Below, in pieces: positions 1-10,414 of a DNA stretch of 64,000 bases; position 1 is the first letter of the stretch, and the number at the start of each line of letters is the position of its first letter. The DNA comes from an uncultured Magnetococcales bacterium (GTDB lineage: Bacteria; Pseudomonadota; Alphaproteobacteria; UBA2136; JAPKEQ01), in contig CAXHDG010000006.1 of NCBI GenBank assembly GCA_964015495.1, positions 27,566 to 91,565 on the forward strand, in the 5' to 3' direction. A model generated the notes under the pieces. The model saw only the letters and a program-made list of their open reading frames with translations. It made no database searches and was not told the DNA's origin. A program made the position numbers and the translations under genes.

Positions 1-308
1 TCGCACCAGATACATTTATGGGCGTGCAGCTACAAGTGCTGCATCACAATGCACTTGATCACCTTCCAAAAGCAGATTTTATGGCAGACGCTTGGTACCT
101 TGACGGCTTTGCCCCCACTAAAAACCCAGAACTTTGGGATGAAAAACTGATGCAAGCTATTGGCGCTCATACAAACCCTAAAGGAACCGTTGCCAGTTAC
201 AGCGCTGCACGAACAGTAAAAGACAGGCTCGCAGCTGCAGGGTTTGAAGTCTCTAAACAAGAAGGCTTTGGTAAAAAACGCGATATGGTTGTTGGTATTT
301 TAGCCTAA
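1..308 (+). CDS. mnmD: 3' end of tRNA mnm5s2U34 methyltransferase (MnmC N-domain/MnmD type, Methyltransf_30 family); 5' end off-window
   Basis: The frame is open to the window edge. The block DAWYLDGFAPTKNPELWD matches the conserved DAWFLDGFAP-KNP-MW signature of MnmC/MnmD. The ORF stops at 308 with no FAD domain after it. Confidence 0.6.
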   Translation, partial: APDTFMGVQLQVLHHNALDHLPKADFMADAWYLDGFAPTKNPELWDEKLMQAIGAHTNPKGTVASYSAARTVKDRLAAAGFEVSKQEGFGKKRDMVVGILA

Positions 309-353
309 ATCTTAATAAAACCTCTTAAATAAGAGTTTTTTCATATACTGCCA

Positions 354-382
354 TTGACAACGACCCCGTCCACCTTTATACC
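354..382 (+). promoter_or_regulatory. Candidate sigma70-type promoter for the 433-795 gene
   Basis: TTGACA (354-359), a 17-nt spacer, then TATACC (377-382), about 50 nt upstream of the start codon. Confidence 0.3.
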
Positions 383-432
383 TCGCCTACCTTTAAATCT
401 TCACCTTTTTCCCACCGAGCAACAATAGGAGA

Positions 433-795
433 ATGCTCATGACCAATATCACTCTTCCTCGCGCAGAATTGGTTGCCAAAATCATTGAAGCGAACAGCGC
501 CATTGTCGCTGAAACTGCTCGCTCTGCCGTAAAGGATGCGCTGCAAGCTATTCCTGCTGCTTCCAGCAACGTACAAAACCTGATGTATGATCAGGCATAC
601 TATGAAGTGCGCGACCAGATGGCCGTAAACCTCATGGATGATGAAAACCTTCCGACCAGCCAATTGCAGGCTTACGAAATTGCCTGCAAATCTGAACCTG
701 GTCTGAAAGAAACAATCAAACACCTTGGTCTTGCTGGTATTGCTGCCACTCACCAAAATGCCGCTCGCATGCGGATTTTGTCCAAGTTCAATTAA
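433..795 (+). CDS. Hypothetical protein (120 aa)
   Basis: Intact ORF. An AGGAG RBS sits at 427-431, so the ATG at 439 is better spaced than 433. A clean terminator follows at 813-841. No recognisable motif. Confidence 0.5.
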   Translation: MLMTNITLPRAELVAKIIEANSAIVAETARSAVKDALQAIPAASSNVQNLMYDQAYYEVRDQMAVNLMDDENLPTSQLQAYEIACKSEPGLKETIKHLGLAGIAATHQNAARMRILSKFN

Positions 796-812
796 CGCCA
801 ATCGATTTTGTG

Positions 813-841
813 AAAAACCCTCCTTCTTGGAGGGTTTTTTG
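813..841 (+). terminator. Rho-independent terminator
   Basis: Stem CCCTCC/GGAGGG (818-823/829-834) followed by a T-run. Confidence 0.7.
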
Positions 842-914
842 TATGCCTTGCAGAGCGCCATTTTTTCTTTCATACTGCCTCCCATAAATAAAAAGAACAA
901 AACAGAGATGCACC

Positions 915-1865
915 ATGCCTGAAGTCTATCTATATCCAGCTCTTGAGCCTTACGAATCTCATACATTGCAAGTCAGTGAAACTCATACACTCTACGTGGA
1001 AGAGTCTGGTAATCCTAATGGTATCCCTGTTCTGTTTATCCACGGCGGCCCTGGCGGCGGCACAGACCCCATGTACAGACGTTTCTTTGATCCGTCTCAA
1101 TATCGCATTATTATGTTTGATCAGCGCGGCTGCGGCAAAAGCACGCCATTTGCCTCCTTGGAAGACAATACAACAGATCACCTGATTGATGATATGGAGC
1201 AAATTCGCATTGAATTAAGCATCCCTAAATGGCACCTATTTGGAGGCAGCTGGGGCAGTACACTTGCTCTTGCTTATGCAGAATCTTACCCGCAGCATGT
1301 GAGCGGCATGATACTGCGCGGCATTTTCCTTTGCCGTAAAAAAGATATTCACTGGTTCTACCAAGAAGGTGCGTCCCATGTTTTCCCTGATGCTTTTGAA
1401 ACATATAGCCATCATATTCCTGTAGAAGAACGCCATGACCTTGTATTTGCTTACTATAAGCGCCTCACAAGCAACGATGATGCGGTGCGCCTTGAAGCCG
1501 CCAAACACTGGACCACATGGGAGATGGCTACAAGTAAGCTTATCCCAAGCCCTGAGCTTATAGAAAAAGGAGTAGACCCTCAGTTTGCCCTGCCTTTTGC
1601 ACGCATTGAAGCCCATTACTTTGTTAATGATGCCTTTTTGGATGATAATGAATTGATTCATTACATTGATAAAGTGCGCCACATTCCCTGCACCATTGTG
1701 CATGGCCGTTATGATGTGGTGTGCCCCGTTTCACAAGCTTATGAGCTCCATAAAGCTTGGCCTAGCTCTAAGCTTATCATTACGCCAAATGCAGGGCATA
1801 GCGCTACAGAACCCGGTACAGCAAAAGCCCTTGTAGCAGCCACAGACGAATTTTCAAATATCTAA
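915..1865 (+). CDS. pip: Prolyl aminopeptidase (proline iminopeptidase, S33 alpha/beta hydrolase)
   Basis: HGGPGGG block, GGSWGSTLALAYA nucleophile elbow, and length about 316 aa, as is typical of Pip. Confidence 0.85.
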   Translation: MPEVYLYPALEPYESHTLQVSETHTLYVEESGNPNGIPVLFIHGGPGGGTDPMYRRFFDPSQYRIIMFDQRGCGKSTPFASLEDNTTDHLIDDMEQIRIELSIPKWHLFGGSWGSTLALAYAESYPQHVSGMILRGIFLCRKKDIHWFYQEGASHVFPDAFETYSHHIPVEERHDLVFAYYKRLTSNDDAVRLEAAKHWTTWEMATSKLIPSPELIEKGVDPQFALPFARIEAHYFVNDAFLDDNELIHYIDKVRHIPCTIVHGRYDVVCPVSQAYELHKAWPSSKLIITPNAGHSATEPGTAKALVAATDEFSNI

Positions 1866-1949
1866 AGCCCTTGACGGCTATTTAAGGCTTCTGTAGAACG
1901 TGAGGGATTCATATATCTTCCTCTTTTCTTTTGCTTACTGGAGCCTTAC

Positions 1950-2246
1950 ATGCAGTTAATAAAACCTGAAGATGCCCTGAGCATGCCGCGCGGTTACTTA
2001 CTTGAAAGAGTTAAGCTAGCGATTGGAAGCAGTTACATTTCTGCCCGTAGACCTTTTACTCAAGAAGAGCTATTGAAGGCTGCACAGATTGCCATCCTTC
2101 ATGAAAAAACACTCTTCCAAACTCAATCTCATATTGTTGCCTATATTCGCAATTTTAATAAGCAGCTTAAAAGCCCGCAGGCTCCTGAGACCTTTCAAGC
2201 CACTGCTTCTAAAAAGTGGGCTGATAGATTTGGATCCATTCGATAA
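1950..2246 (+). CDS. Hypothetical protein (98 aa)
   Basis: Intact ORF followed directly by the terminator at 2248-2276. No recognised motif. Confidence 0.45.
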   Translation: MQLIKPEDALSMPRGYLLERVKLAIGSSYISARRPFTQEELLKAAQIAILHEKTLFQTQSHIVAYIRNFNKQLKSPQAPETFQATASKKWADRFGSIR

Positions 2247-2247
2247 T

Positions 2248-2276
2248 AAAAAGCCTCGCATTTGCGGGGCTTTTTG
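2248..2276. terminator. Bidirectional rho-independent terminator between convergent genes
   Basis: A-run, stem GCCTCGC/GCGGGGC, then T-run. Confidence 0.65.
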
Positions 2277-2286
2277 TTGCGTATGT

Positions 2287-2952
2287 TTAATGTAAGATTC
2301 GCGTACTTGGCGCTGAATCTTTAAGTAAGTCCTCAAGCGCTTCAAACAGATCTGCATCTTCGCGGTTACTGCCGGCATGAATGTGCCTGAGGCTTGCTTG
2401 GTAAATAACGCGGTGGCTTGGCGTTACATCCCCGCCAACTATTGCGAACTCAGGGATCGCCACCACTTCTGGGCCTTTTTTATGGGTGAGGCACAGCTCA
2501 GCTTGTTCAGGCGTAATTTGCATCATCCATACCAGAGCCTGTATTGGACGAATTTTGCCTGTAAACTTATCTTCATATTTAAACATTGGCGCACTGATAA
2601 CGCGGTCTACATCAAAAAGACGTTTGTTCACGGTTTTAATGAAAGACTCACCAAGAGCAATACGGCAGGTGTTCATCAGCGCAACTGATGGGCTTTCGTA
2701 TTTACCGCTATCAAGGCAACTTACAAAGCGGGCGCGGTTTTCATCTTGCTTCTCGCGCACCATAATAAATTTGCGTGTATTACCCTCAAAATACCAAAGA
2801 ATAAGAGATGACGCGACTGTACTTGAAGGCGTTGTGCTGATTGTCACAGGACGACCAATAAGAGCACTTGCCATTTTATGCGCAAGCTTTGAACGCAGCT
2901 GCGTTAGCTTTGCTGAAAATGTTTGCTTTTCTAGTGTTTGCACGTTTGTCAT
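2287..2952 (-). CDS. Hypothetical protein (221 aa)
   Basis: Long intact ORF convergent with the 1950-2246 gene. No motif recognised. Confidence 0.5.
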   Translation of the reverse strand: MTNVQTLEKQTFSAKLTQLRSKLAHKMASALIGRPVTISTTPSSTVASSLILWYFEGNTRKFIMVREKQDENRARFVSCLDSGKYESPSVALMNTCRIALGESFIKTVNKRLFDVDRVISAPMFKYEDKFTGKIRPIQALVWMMQITPEQAELCLTHKKGPEVVAIPEFAIVGGDVTPSHRVIYQASLRHIHAGSNREDADLFEALEDLLKDSAPSTRILH

Positions 2953-3090
2953 TGTTTTATATATCCTTTGTTAACTTCGGCAGAATCTCACGTTCTCTCT
3001 CCCGTAGCAAGGATATGTGAATGACTCAACTCACTTTCAAGGGGAAAAATTAAAAATAGTGGCTAAAATTCGCCACTATCATGCTTAACT

Positions 3091-5298
3091 ATGGACAAAA
3101 TAACACAAAATGCTACTCTATTTTTTATGCAAGATATTGTCTCAAGTTTAAACGATCCACAAAGAGAAGCTGTCCTCCATACAGAGGGCCCTCTTCTGGT
3201 GCTTGCAGGTGCAGGTACAGGTAAAACACGCGTACTCACAACGCGTCTTTCATATATTCTTATGCAAGGGCTTGCTGCGCCCTCTCAGGTGCTGGCTGTT
3301 ACCTTTACCAATAAAGCCGCCAAGGAAATGGCAGAACGCATTGAGCAAATGCTCGGTATGCCCGCATCTGGCATGTGGCTTGGTACCTTCCACAGCCTTG
3401 GGGCACGTATTTTACGCATTCATGCAGAAGCGGCTGGCTTTATAGACCGTAACTTTACAATTCTTGGCGCAGATGACCAGCTCAGCCTGTGTAAATCTCT
3501 TTTAAAGGATCGCGGTATTGACGATACCACCATGAGCGGCCGTCAGCTCACTTACCTCATTGGTAAATGGAAAGACAATGGCTGGCTTCCGCATCAAGTG
3601 CCCGAGAACGAAGTCTACGGGTTTGAAATCCCTGTTATTGATCTTTATAAGGCTTATGAAAAACGCCTTAAAGATGCCAACGCCGCAGATTTTGGGGATC
3701 TTCTCCTGCGCCCCATTGAGCTGTTTAAAAAGAATCCAGATATTCTCTCTCGCTACCAAACCCAGTTTAAGTATGTGCTGGTGGATGAGTACCAAGATAC
3801 CAACACCGTACAATACCTATGGCTGCGCCTGTTGGTGCAAACCCATAACAATATTTGTGTGGTGGGGGATGATGACCAGTCTATTTATGCATGGCGCGGC
3901 GCACAGGTGGGTAACATTTTGCGTTTTGATAGCGATTTCCCTGGCAGTAAATCTGTAAGGCTTGAGCAAAACTACCGCTCAACTGGACATATTCTAAATG
4001 CGGCATCAGGCCTGATTAAATACAACGAAGAGCGCCATGATAAAACCCTATGGACAGATGGTGATGACGGCGACAAAGTTGAAGTACACCCCGTTTTTGA
4101 TGATCGTGAAGAAGCGCGCTTTATTGGTGACCGTATTGAAAGCGACCTGAAGGGCGAAGCATGGGATGATTTTGCAATTCTTGTACGTACGGCCGCGCAA
4201 ACCCGCTCTATTGAGGAGCGTTTTATTCGCCAGAGTATTCCTTACCAAGTCATCGGCGGCTTGCGTTTTTATGAGCGCAAAGAAATCCGCGATGCCATTG
4301 CTTACCTGCGTCTTGTAAATAGCCCGCGCGATGATTTTGCATTTGAGCGCGTGGTGAACGTACCCAAACGCGGCATGGGCCCTGCGGCCATTGCAACGCT
4401 CACTCAGCTCGCACGCGAGCATCAAACAAGCCTGTTCCTTGCCACGCGCATGGCCATGGAAAATGGTATTTTGCAAAGCCGCATAGAAAACAAGCTTCGT
4501 CCGTTTATTACGCTTATTGATGAAGCGCATAAAACTTTAGAAACCACCTCTCCTGATAAGCTTATGGAGAACTTGCTTGAAGATAGTGGCTACCTTGAAA
4601 TGCTCCGCAGCGATAAAGACCCTGACGCCAAAAACCGTATTGATAACCTGAAAGAGCTGATTCGTGCTCTGCAAGATTTTAGCGATGTGGGCACTTTCCT
4701 TGAGCATATAAGCCTTGTAATGGACAGAGACGCTGACAGCACCAACACTGTAAAGATTACCACGGTGCACGCAGCCAAAGGGCTTGAGTTTGAAAATGTC
4801 TTCCTGCCAGGTTTTGAAGAGGGCCTCTTCCCCCACCAGCGCAGCCTCAATGAGGAAGGCCAAAAGGGCCTCGAAGAAGAACGCCGCCTTGCTTATGTGG
4901 CCGTCACCCGCGCACGTAAAACGCTGATTATTTCCTACGCCTTTTCGCGCCGTATGTACGGACAATTCCAGCCAGCAACGCCGTCTCGTTTCCTTGGGGA
5001 AATGCCGGACGAATCCCTCAATATGGTCTCTGCTATGCCAGATACGGGCTTTTTCCGCCCTCAGGTGAACTCTAGCGTGGATAGATATGAAAATACCGAG
5101 CCTGTGGTGTCTTACAAAAGCGCTGTAGAGGATAGCTGCATTCATGTGGGTAACCGCGTGTTCCATGATAAATTTGGGTATGGCGTTGTCAAAAATTCTG
5201 AAGGCCAAGGCGATGCTGCTCGCCTCACTATTGCGTTTGATAAAGCCGGCCAAAAGAAACTTGTGGCAGGGCTTGCTAAGCTAGAAGTGGTGCGATAG
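3091..5298 (+). CDS. uvrD: ATP-dependent DNA helicase, UvrD/Rep/PcrA family (SF1)
   Basis: Walker A AGAGTGKT, motif II VLVDEYQDTN, TTVHAAKGLEF and RRLAYVAVTRAR. The alternative start M13 at 3127 is possible. Confidence 0.9.
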   Translation: MDKITQNATLFFMQDIVSSLNDPQREAVLHTEGPLLVLAGAGTGKTRVLTTRLSYILMQGLAAPSQVLAVTFTNKAAKEMAERIEQMLGMPASGMWLGTFHSLGARILRIHAEAAGFIDRNFTILGADDQLSLCKSLLKDRGIDDTTMSGRQLTYLIGKWKDNGWLPHQVPENEVYGFEIPVIDLYKAYEKRLKDANAADFGDLLLRPIELFKKNPDILSRYQTQFKYVLVDEYQDTNTVQYLWLRLLVQTHNNICVVGDDDQSIYAWRGAQVGNILRFDSDFPGSKSVRLEQNYRSTGHILNAASGLIKYNEERHDKTLWTDGDDGDKVEVHPVFDDREEARFIGDRIESDLKGEAWDDFAILVRTAAQTRSIEERFIRQSIPYQVIGGLRFYERKEIRDAIAYLRLVNSPRDDFAFERVVNVPKRGMGPAAIATLTQLAREHQTSLFLATRMAMENGILQSRIENKLRPFITLIDEAHKTLETTSPDKLMENLLEDSGYLEMLRSDKDPDAKNRIDNLKELIRALQDFSDVGTFLEHISLVMDRDADSTNTVKITTVHAAKGLEFENVFLPGFEEGLFPHQRSLNEEGQKGLEEERRLAYVAVTRARKTLIISYAFSRRMYGQFQPATPSRFLGEMPDESLNMVSAMPDTGFFRPQVNSSVDRYENTEPVVSYKSAVEDSCIHVGNRVFHDKFGYGVVKNSEGQGDAARLTIAFDKAGQKKLVAGLAKLEVVR

Positions 5299-5423
5299 TT
5301 AAAGCCTCTAATCGGGGGGCTTTTTTTAATTCTATTTTTCGCTTGCAAATATGTATACCAAAGCATATCTTCACGTTGATTTGAATCTAACCTTTCTTTT
5401 TCCTCTTTTTATTGGAGTTTCCA

Positions 5424-5807
5424 ATGACTAATCAAAGCCCCCCCATCACCGTGGAAGAATTTGAAGCTGTTATGAATGCTATGCGCGCCCAAATGGATGC
5501 TGATAACTGGCACAAATCGCAAATTGCACTCAACACATTGAAGCTGCGCGGCGCACCAGACCCCTCCACCTACAGCTTGACGTCCCTTACGGCAGACGAT
5601 GAAGAAGACATGAACCTTAAAATGCACCTTTTAATGGTGCCCGGCATTCAAAAATTTTTGGCGGACGAAGCAACACTTGAGGACGCTGTGGCAGATATTA
5701 TGCCCATGCTGGAAGAAATGGCCCAGTGGGCAATGAACTTTGCCTTTGGCGGCACGCCAGAGTGGCCCGTCACCATTACCGTGGAAGATGAAAACGACGA
5801 GAATTAA
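5424..5807 (+). CDS. Hypothetical acidic protein (~127 aa)
   Basis: The ORF track starts at TTG 5412. ATG 5424 has a GGAG RBS 6 nt upstream. A terminator follows at 5817-5843. Confidence 0.5.
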   Translation: MTNQSPPITVEEFEAVMNAMRAQMDADNWHKSQIALNTLKLRGAPDPSTYSLTSLTADDEEDMNLKMHLLMVPGIQKFLADEATLEDAVADIMPMLEEMAQWAMNFAFGGTPEWPVTITVEDENDEN

Positions 5808-5816
5808 CCCTCACGC

Positions 5817-5843
5817 AAAAAGCCCCCGTTTGGGGGCTTTTTC
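5817..5843 (+). terminator. Rho-independent terminator
   Basis: Stem AGCCCCC/GGGGGCT with loop GTTT, followed by a T-run. Confidence 0.7.
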
Positions 5844-5906
5844 ATATGGATTTCATAGGCAATTTCAGGTACATTATCTCTATATAAATGAAAGGTTTTT
5901 CACCCC

Positions 5907-6782
5907 ATGACACAAGCCGCAAAAAAAGTTCAAATGAACGTTCCAGACCAGCACCTTCACTTGTTTGAAGATATGGTGCTTGGCCTTGCTACAGCCACAG
6001 ACATTGGAAAAACAAAGCAAGATGCATCTGAGTGGGTTGTGACTGCTTTTTTTGATCCACGTATTGATGATGCTGAGGTGCAAAACTGCATGAAAGAAGC
6101 CGCTGAAACATGTGGCCTTAGCACAGAAGAAAACGCCATCACAATTGTATCTGATGAAGACTGGCAGAGCAAAATGCGTGAAGATTTTCCTCCGCTTGAA
6201 GCTGGCGATTTCTTTATTCACTCTTTTGATGAAGCGGCCCCTGAAGGCAAAATAAGCCTGCATATTCCAGCGGGCATGGCCTTCGGTACAGGTGAGCACT
6301 CTACAACATACGGCTGTCTTGTGCTTTACAGCGAACTTAGCCAAAAAACGACATTTAAAAATGGCCTCGATATGGGCTGTGGTAGTGGCATTTTAGCCCT
6401 TGGCGCAACCAAAAAGCAAAACACACCTTTCCTTGCTGTGGATATTGACGCGCCTAGCATTGATATCTGCAAAGAGAACATGGACAACAACGATGCTTCA
6501 AGCACTGTCACCTCTATGGTTGGTAATGGTTTTAATACGGCTGAAGTTTCTAAAAGCGCACCGTATGATCTTATTTTTGCCAACATCCTAGCAAGCCCTC
6601 TTCTACAAATGGCAGATGGCCTTGTGAACGTTCTTGAAAAAAATGGCGTCGCCATCCTTTCTGGCTTCCTCACGCACCAAGAAGAGGCTATCATAAATGC
6701 CTATACAGCGCTTGGCATGGAAGTAACCGCCCGCGAGCAACGTGAAGAATGGGTTGCACTAGCGATGACGAAGGTAGGGTAA
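5907..6782 (+). CDS. prmA: Ribosomal protein L11 methyltransferase
   Basis: GTGEHSTT block and SAM-binding DMGCGSGILA; length about 290 aa. Confidence 0.85.
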   Translation: MTQAAKKVQMNVPDQHLHLFEDMVLGLATATDIGKTKQDASEWVVTAFFDPRIDDAEVQNCMKEAAETCGLSTEENAITIVSDEDWQSKMREDFPPLEAGDFFIHSFDEAAPEGKISLHIPAGMAFGTGEHSTTYGCLVLYSELSQKTTFKNGLDMGCGSGILALGATKKQNTPFLAVDIDAPSIDICKENMDNNDASSTVTSMVGNGFNTAEVSKSAPYDLIFANILASPLLQMADGLVNVLEKNGVAILSGFLTHQEEAIINAYTALGMEVTAREQREEWVALAMTKVG

Positions 6783-6807
6783 TAAAAATTATAAGGATAT
6801 GAGTGAT

Positions 6808-7485
6808 ATGAAAATCGGTGTTTTACTTTCAGGATGCGGCGTCAATGACGGCAGCGAAATCCATGAAGCCACACTTACCCTGCTTCATATTCTTAAAAAT
6901 GGCGGCACGCCTGTTTGCATTGCGCCTGATGACATGCAAATGCACACGGTAAACCATCTAAAAGGTTCAGAGGACGCAACAAACCGCAACATGATGGTAG
7001 AAGCGGCACGCCTTACCCGCGGTGATATTACCCCCCTCTCAGACATCTCAGCACAAGACCTTGATGCTCTTATGGTGCCGGGCGGCTTTGGCGCGGCTAA
7101 AAATCTTTCAAACTTTGCTGCGCTAGAAGATAAAATGTCTACCACAGTACGCAGCGATGTGGCCTCTCTTATTCAAGGCATGCATGCTGCAGGCAAGCCC
7201 ATGGGCTTTATGTGCATTGCGCCTGCTAGTGTTGCAGCCCCTGCTCTTTTTGGCAAAAAAATTAAGCTTACGATTGGCAGTGATGAAGGCACAAGCGGCG
7301 CGATTACAGCCCTTGGTAACATTGCTGTTCCAAGCACCGTGAGCGAAGTTGTGATTGATGAAACGCATAATATTGCCTCAACACCCGCTTATATGCTGGG
7401 TGAAAATATTGCAGATATTGAACTTGGGATAGCTAAACTCACCTCTTGGGTTTGCATGGCTGCTCACAATGTAAAGGCGGCTTGA
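6808..7485 (+). CDS. elbB: ElbB-type DJ-1/PfpI family protein (glyoxalase/isoprenoid biosynthesis-related)
   Basis: MKIGVLLSGCGVNDGSEIHEA and LMVPGGFGAAKNLSNFA closely resemble E. coli ElbB. The ORF track start at 6799 is too close to the AAGGA RBS, so 6808 is preferred. Confidence 0.8.
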   Translation: MKIGVLLSGCGVNDGSEIHEATLTLLHILKNGGTPVCIAPDDMQMHTVNHLKGSEDATNRNMMVEAARLTRGDITPLSDISAQDLDALMVPGGFGAAKNLSNFAALEDKMSTTVRSDVASLIQGMHAAGKPMGFMCIAPASVAAPALFGKKIKLTIGSDEGTSGAITALGNIAVPSTVSEVVIDETHNIASTPAYMLGENIADIELGIAKLTSWVCMAAHNVKAA

Positions 7486-7487
7486 CA

Positions 7488-8204
7488 ATGTTTCCAAAAA
7501 CAAAGACAGTGAGCACAAACAAATCTGGTTCTCTTTCCCGTTTTAAAAACCTTCATACCGTGCTTTTAGGCCTTCCTGAAAAACAGGGTCGTATTGCCAT
7601 GAGTCTCATTGTAATGACTCTTGTTTTGTTTGTTACACTTGTGCTCCCTGCTTGGATCTTTGGCTTTGCCATTGGTGTTGTCTCTGTGTTTATGGTACGA
7701 GAGCTTGGGCACATGTATAGAGGCAAACTTCCAGCAGTGCCTGTTCTTTTAATTATTTTCAGTGCTTTTTGCCTGTTTTTCATTCGTAATGAAAGTGGTG
7801 TTGGACATTTATTTATCTTGTACCTTATCGCTGTTATTTCAATGAATGATACAGGGGCTTACATTGTTGGAAAACGCATTGGGAAACGCCCACTCATGAA
7901 AACTGTTTCCCCAGGGAAAACAATTGAAGGCGCCGTTGCTGGTGTTTTTTCTGGTACGCTTATAAGCGGATTTCTCTTTAGCATTGCTGGGCAACCTCTC
8001 ATACTTGGGCTGCTCTCAGGCTTAATTCTCTCTGTTAGCGCCGTTGCTGGCGATCTGTATGAATCTAAACTTAAACGCACAGCTGGCGTTAAAGATAGCG
8101 GCACTGCGCTGCTTCACCATGGCGGCCTTTTAGACCGTTACGACAGCTATCTTTTTGCAGCGCCCCTACTGGCGCTTCCACTCTTCATTCTCTCTCTACT
8201 ATAA
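7488..8204 (+). CDS. cdsA: Phosphatidate cytidylyltransferase
   Basis: Multi-TM protein with SPGKTIEG, DLYESKLKR-AGVKDSG and HGGLLDRYDS signature. ATG 7488 lies just after the elbB stop, so the upstream ORF extension is rejected. Confidence 0.85.
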   Translation: MFPKTKTVSTNKSGSLSRFKNLHTVLLGLPEKQGRIAMSLIVMTLVLFVTLVLPAWIFGFAIGVVSVFMVRELGHMYRGKLPAVPVLLIIFSAFCLFFIRNESGVGHLFILYLIAVISMNDTGAYIVGKRIGKRPLMKTVSPGKTIEGAVAGVFSGTLISGFLFSIAGQPLILGLLSGLILSVSAVAGDLYESKLKRTAGVKDSGTALLHHGGLLDRYDSYLFAAPLLALPLFILSLL

Positions 8205-8215
8205 GGATATAGACT

Positions 8216-9403
8216 ATGAGCAAAACTGTTCACCTACTTATTGAAGCCCGTGACAACATCGGGTACGCCACTGGCACGCCTCACCATGACCCTGCGGTCT
8301 GGGTCGGCGATGAAAATGCCAAAGGCGTTCTTCTCACCTCTGCGCTTGATTTCGGTAGCATGACAAGCCATGTAAATAGCCGTACACAGGTTATTAACTA
8401 CTCTGTTTTGCTAAAGGACAATGCCACAGAAGATGAGCGCGCAAGCATCTCAGGTAATGTTGATATTGCTATTTGGTATCTCAAATATATTGGCGCGAGC
8501 GAAGTTGTTGTTCCTAAAAACGGTGGCCGTAGCGATGACGGCATGGCCGGCGATTACGTAGATGCTCTGCGTGATGCAGGCTTCAAAGTAACGTACGCTT
8601 CGCCGATGTTCCCCTGCCGTGAACGTAAGGACGCAAATGAAATTGCCATGATTGCAGAGGCGCAAGCCGTTAACGAACGCGGCTTTTACCGCGCATTTAA
8701 AATTTTGCAAGACGCAACCATTGCACCTGATAGCACACTCATGTGGAACGGTAATGTTCTGACAGCTGAAATTCTACGCGCTGAAATGTGCCTTGAAATT
8801 TATAAAAGCGGCAGCGGCACAATGGAGGCTGATGGCCCCATCATCGCCTGCGGCCTTTTAGGTTCTGACCCGCATGAGCGCGGCCATGGCCCGCTAAAAG
8901 CTGGCGAATTGATTGTGATGGATTGCTTCCCCCGTTTGCCAAATGGCTACTGGGGAGATTTGACCCGTACGATCATCAAAGGTGATATTCAGCCATGGCA
9001 GCAGGACATGTTTGACATGGTTCTTAAAGCCCATGACTGGGTTGAAACCCAAGTAAAAAATGGCGCTGACAGCAAAGCTATATATGACGGCGTCATGGCC
9101 ATGTATGAAAAAGCGGGTTACCCGACTGATACCAGCGTTCCGCATGGTATGTTCCATGGGGTTGGCCACAGTGTTGGCCTTGGCCTACATGAAAGCCCAG
9201 GCATTGGGTCTCGTGAAGGCACGCTTGAAACCGGCAATGTGGTTACCAATGAGCCAGGTCTCTACTACAAAGGCCATAACGGTATCACTGGCGGCGTTCG
9301 TATTGAGGATATCCTTGTGGTCACAGATACGGGCTGTGATAACATCACAAACCTACCCAAAGAGCTGGACGTGGATAAAATCAAAATTCCATCAGACTTC
9401 TAA
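8216..9403 (+). CDS. M24 family metallopeptidase (Xaa-Pro aminopeptidase/creatinase-like)
   Basis: Pita-bread metal ligand blocks HGVGHSVGLGLHESP, NEPGLY and GGVRIEDILVVT. Confidence 0.8.
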   Translation: MSKTVHLLIEARDNIGYATGTPHHDPAVWVGDENAKGVLLTSALDFGSMTSHVNSRTQVINYSVLLKDNATEDERASISGNVDIAIWYLKYIGASEVVVPKNGGRSDDGMAGDYVDALRDAGFKVTYASPMFPCRERKDANEIAMIAEAQAVNERGFYRAFKILQDATIAPDSTLMWNGNVLTAEILRAEMCLEIYKSGSGTMEADGPIIACGLLGSDPHERGHGPLKAGELIVMDCFPRLPNGYWGDLTRTIIKGDIQPWQQDMFDMVLKAHDWVETQVKNGADSKAIYDGVMAMYEKAGYPTDTSVPHGMFHGVGHSVGLGLHESPGIGSREGTLETGNVVTNEPGLYYKGHNGITGGVRIEDILVVTDTGCDNITNLPKELDVDKIKIPSDF

Positions 9404-9413
9404 CCGATTTACA

Positions 9414-9441
9414 AGCCACCCTTCGGGGTGGTTTGTTTTTA
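9414..9441 (+). terminator. Rho-independent terminator
   Basis: Stem CCACCC/GGGTGG with loop TTCG, followed by a T-rich run. Confidence 0.7.
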
Positions 9442-9518
9442 TTCTTGATGCCCTGTATACATAAATGCTATAAAGCCTTATCACATATCTATTTTTTCTT
9501 TTTAAAGGATACCTTCTG

Positions 9519-9812
9519 ATGGAACATCCTGTTTTATTTACGTTTATGGCCTTTTTTACAGCAGCAGGTTCAATGATTGCATTGATCCTTCTGTTAAATG
9601 TGGCAGGCCGTCTATTAAGAATAAAAAGTAATGCGCCCTTGGTAGGGGGCGCAATCGTCTTACTTATAGGAGTGCCTCTTCTTGCAGCTATTGTTTGGAC
9701 CCTCGTTCTTTTTTATACCCTTAGCCCCTACCCTTGGGTAACTCTTGTCTTTTACGTTTTTTTTGCGGCCTTAGGGCTCAAACAGATCAAAAAAGACATA
9801 AAATCCTCTTAA
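9519..9812 (+). CDS. Small integral membrane protein (97 aa, about 3 TM)
   Basis: Hydrophobic stretches run through the whole ORF. No known motif. Confidence 0.5.
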   Translation: MEHPVLFTFMAFFTAAGSMIALILLLNVAGRLLRIKSNAPLVGGAIVLLIGVPLLAAIVWTLVLFYTLSPYPWVTLVFYVFFAALGLKQIKKDIKSS

Positions 9813-9831
9813 TACTTGGAGCTTAAAAACC

Positions 9832-10404
9832 ATGACTCAACCTACAATTTACTTTGCTCACCCTATTTGCGACTATGGCACCCAGAAGGAAGCAGATATC
9901 ATCGCTTTTCTGGAAGGCAAAGGTTACACCGTGGTGAACCCTGCTGATTATCAGGATGCTTTTACTGACTGGCTTAAAGGCGTTCCGCTCAAAGAGCTGG
10001 GCACTGACGCTTCTGAATTTCCAACCTTTGATGCCACCAACAAAATGGCCTTTTGGGTGACACTTGCACAAAGCTGCGACGAATGCGCCTTTTGTGCATT
10101 TGATAGTGATCTTGAAGCTGAAGGTGTGCCTTCTGGTTACCTTGACACCTCTGATAGCGCTTTTCGCAACCGCCCTACTATTCGCATTGGCGCGGGTGTT
10201 TGGAAAGAGGTTGAAAGCTTTTGGCAGGCTAATAAGCTTACCTATTTTATGAGCTACCGAGCTATGATTGACTTTGAAACAGAGGAAGATATTCCTCCGC
10301 ACATATCAATCAGAGCAGCCGGTGAATGGCTAAACTGCTTCACTCTTCTCACCGTGGATCAAACCAGAGCACTCTTGCGTGCCTCTGGCCGCTACGACGG
10401 ATAA
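9832..10404 (+). CDS. Hypothetical protein, paralog A of a tandem pair
   Basis: Shares YFAHPICDYGTQKEADIIAFLEGKG and DSDLEAEGVPSGYL blocks with the next gene. Confidence 0.55.
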   Translation: MTQPTIYFAHPICDYGTQKEADIIAFLEGKGYTVVNPADYQDAFTDWLKGVPLKELGTDASEFPTFDATNKMAFWVTLAQSCDECAFCAFDSDLEAEGVPSGYLDTSDSAFRNRPTIRIGAGVWKEVESFWQANKLTYFMSYRAMIDFETEEDIPPHISIRAAGEWLNCFTLLTVDQTRALLRASGRYDG

Positions 10405-10414
10405 AGGAGGCTTT